From Squalus acanthias (taxonomy: Eukaryota): a stretch of 64,000 nt of DNA. Position 1 is the first letter of the stretch. Each line of letters begins with the position of its first letter. Position numbers and translations under genes: made by a program. A model generated the notes under the pieces. That model did not search any database and had not been told where the DNA came from. It was given only the letters and a program-made list of their open reading frames with translations. The stretch is taken from assembly GCA_030390025.1 (NCBI GenBank), contig CM059432.1, forward strand, positions 48,424,001-48,488,000. Reading direction: 5' to 3'. Positions 61,804 to 64,000 of this stretch are shown in pieces.

Positions 61804-63349
61804 CTGATAAATTCTCTGGACATGATGGCCTACATCCGAGGGTTTTGAAAGAGGTGGCTATAGAGATAGTGGAAACATTGGTTGGCATCTTCCAAAATTC
61901 CGTAGATTCTAGAACGGTTCCCACGGATTGAAAAGTAGCAAATGTAACCTCACTATTTAAGAAAGGAGGGAGAGAGAAAACAGGGAACTACAGACCAGTT
62001 AGTCTGACATTAGTAGGGAAAATACTAGAATCTATTATTAAGGACGTGGTAACAGGGCACTTAGAAAATAATAGGATTGGGCAGAGTCAACACGGATTTA
62101 TGAAAGGGAAATCGTGTTTGACAAGTTTTTTGAGGTTGTAACTAGCAGAATAGATAAGGGGGAACTAGTGGATGTGGTGTATTTGGATTTTCAGAAGGCA
62201 TTCGATAAGGTGCCACACAAGAGCTTATTAAACAAAATTAGGGCTCATGGGATTGGGGGTAATATACTAGCATGAAGTGAAGATTGGTTAACGGACAGAA
62301 AACAAAGAGTAGGAATAAACGGGTAATTTTCAGGTTGGCAGGCTGTAACTAGTGGGGTATCGCAAGGATCACTGCTTGGGCCTCAGCTATTCACAATCTA
62401 TATCAATGATTTGGATGAGGGGACCAAATGTAATATATCCAAGTTTGCTGATGATACAAAGCTAGGTGGGAATGTAAGTTGTGAGGAGGATGCAAGGAGG
62501 CTTCAAGGGGATATAGACAGGTTAAGTGAGTGGGCAAGAATATGGCAAATGGAATATAATGTGGAGAAATGTGAAGTTATCCACTTTGGTTGGGAAAATA
62601 GAAAAGCAGTGTATTTTTAAAATGGTGAGAGATTGGGAAATGTTGGTGTTCAGAAGGACCTGGGTGTCCTTGTACACGAATCACTGAAAGTTAACATGCA
62701 GGTACAGCAAGCAATTAAGAAAGCAAATGGTGTGTTGGCCTTTATTACAAGAGGCTTTGAGTAGAAGAGTAAAGATGTCTTCCTGCAATTATATAGGGCC
62801 CTAGTGAAACCACACCTGGAGTATTGTGTACAATTTTGGTCTCCTTACCTAAGGAAGGATATACTTGCCATAGAGGGAGTGCAACGAAGGTTCACCAGAC
62901 CAATTCCTGGGGTGGAGGGATTGTCCTATGAGGAGAGATTGAGTAGACTGGGGCTATATTCTCTGGAGTTTAGAAGAATGAGAGGTGATCTCATTGAAAC
63001 ATACAAAACCAGGGCTTGACAGGGTAGATGCAGGGAGGATGTTTCCCCTGGCTGGGGAGTCTAGAACCAGGGGTCACAGTCTCAGAATAAGGGGTCGGCC
63101 ATTTAGGACTGAGATGAGGAGAAATTTCTTCACTCAGACGGTGGTGAATCTTTGGAATTCTCTACCCCAGAGCGCTGTGGAGGCTCAGTCATTGAGTATA
63201 TTCAAGACAGAGATCGATAGATTTTTGGATATTAAGGGATAGTGCAGCAAAGTGGAGTTGAGGTCGAAGATCAGCCATGATCTTATTGAATGGCAGAGCA
63301 GGCGAGGGGCCTAATGGCCTACCCCTGCTCCTATTTCTTATGTTCTTAG
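61804..63349 (+). mobile_element. CR1 LINE, 5' truncated
   Basis: RT motifs with several stops; 3' tail ends about 70 bp from the LRRCC1 exon A donor. Confidence 0.95.
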
Positions 63350-63422
63350 AAGCTAATTATTTTGCCATTAGCAAACTGAGGATAATATAACCTATATTCT
63401 TGTAACAAAAATGAAGGAATAC

Positions 63423-63610
63423 CTCTCAGATTTTTTGTTTTTTAGCTGTCTGGCACTTCGTTGTTTGGAGGTTTCAGTCATTTGTCGATAACTTGGAATC
63501 TTTGTTCGTCTAGCTCCCTTCTTGTGATTCTCTTTACAGCTCTCACTTTCACTCTCAGATGTATGATCAATATCTCGCTTTGCTTTTACTGTAGTTGAAG
63601 TAGCTGGAAC
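63423..63610 (-). CDS. LRRCC1: LRRCC1 internal coding exon A (first in window), VPATSTTVKAKRDIDHTSESESES...NKKSE
   Basis: Acceptor ttcttcag, donor gtattc; 188 nt, phase 0 to 2. KRDIDHTSES and RRTKIP resemble human LRRCC1 KRDTDITSES and RRSKIP (recalled, not searched). Confidence 0.85.
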
Positions 63611-64000
63611 CTGAAGAATGAAGAAATCCAGCATGAAGTACATTTCCTCTGGTAAGTCAGGTTCCACAAAATATTGATTGCAAAAAGCCAATTTAAGCAG
63701 AATTAGTCTTAATAGCCATGCAACTCTTTACTGTAAAATATATTTTAGGTCACAGTGAAATAAATAGGAGCACAATGATTTATCAGTGATATAAAACCGG
63801 TGGTATACTTGCCCAGAATTTTAACTTTAGAATACTATTTGTCTTCCACCCATCCCTCCAAGATTATGCTTTTAGCTAGTGCAACTAAATGCCTATGTTT
63901 TAACTCTGTTTGAAATAATTTAGCACTGTAGTTAAGGGCATAGACAATTTTAAAATGCAAACAATAATTTTGACTTGCACAACTGAAAATGGGACACAGG

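Overview
Repeat-rich vertebrate genomic DNA, most likely from a cartilaginous fish (inferred from the repeat families present). Five coding exons of an LRRCC1 orthologue lie on the minus strand (63610-63423, 25965-25764, 24563-24415, 13910-13706, 7999-7860); all have GT-AG boundaries and their phases join into one reading frame. The introns, one of them 37.5 kb, are filled with CR1, L2 and RTE LINEs, Penelope-like fragments, Deu-type tRNA SINEs, PIF/Harbinger elements carrying spliced Myb/SANT genes, and Harbinger, hAT and pogo-type MITEs. Several are nested three or four deep. Best leads: (1) a T_TTA_AAC slippery heptamer just before the ORF1 stop of two divergent CR1 lineages, with the -1 frame running toward ORF2, suggesting programmed -1 frameshifting; (2) a Harbinger that keeps its Myb gene but has lost the transposase core; (3) a 141-bp target-site duplication around an RTE; (4) a chain of microhomology-joined local templated copies at 20.1-21.3 kb; (5) a minimal Penelope-type hammerhead ribozyme with an intact core. 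No CRISPR array, rRNA, true tRNA or prokaryotic system is supported. Family names come from motif recognition, not database searches.
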